A DNA stretch of 63,501 nt, the filler included, from Octopus bimaculoides (taxonomy: Eukaryota), in NCBI RefSeq assembly GCF_001194135.2. It is 8 parts of 7 records of this genome, joined end to end, with 100 filler letters (N's around TTAATTAATTAA, not from the genome) between each part and the next. Parts side by side here need not be neighbours in the genome. Positions count along the whole stretch, not along the records: positions 62,149 to 63,501 come from NC_068988.1; 7 more parts are not named here. One strand, given 5' to 3'. Position numbers and translations under genes: made by a program. Each line of letters starts with the position of its first letter. Within the stretch, counting starts at the first letter, position 1. The notes under the pieces were generated by a model, which did no database searches, was not told the DNA's origin, and worked only from the letters and a program-made list of their open reading frames with translations. Of this stretch, positions 63,425 to 63,501 are shown piece by piece.

Positions 63425-63501
<77 letters not shown>
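63425..63501. repeat. (TAA)n microsatellite
   Basis: Direct inspection. Confidence 0.97.

Overview
AT-rich, microsatellite- and retroelement-saturated eukaryotic scaffold with many N gaps. The SINE families and the intron-containing universal stress protein gene suggest a mollusc, most likely a coleoid cephalopod such as octopus (inference). I find no prokaryotic operon, CRISPR array, rRNA or true tRNA gene. The only well-supported host gene is a minus-strand universal stress protein (UspA-domain) gene. It has exons at 60335-60429 and 57089-57283, a candidate ATG exon at 61682-61722, and a predicted missing exon that may lie in an unsized gap. The dominant structure is a >=14 kb CpG-dense (WACG)n satellite (24978-39084) punctuated by 20 visible copies of a purine-rich landmark, with block-level higher-order duplications and CpG-decay variants. 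The rest is decayed Penelope-like elements (some with hammerhead-ribozyme-like vestiges), R4/Dong-type LINEs next to (TAA)n or (TACA)n tracts, an RTE LINE with an internal 1.45 kb inversion, L1/Tx1 and pogo fragments, a probable non-autonomous Helitron, a MITE and several tRNA-derived SINE families. Nearly all long ORFs in the supplied track are artefacts of repeats or N runs. Repeat boundaries were read by eye and are approximate (about +/-10-30 nt); SINE family labels A-D are my own.
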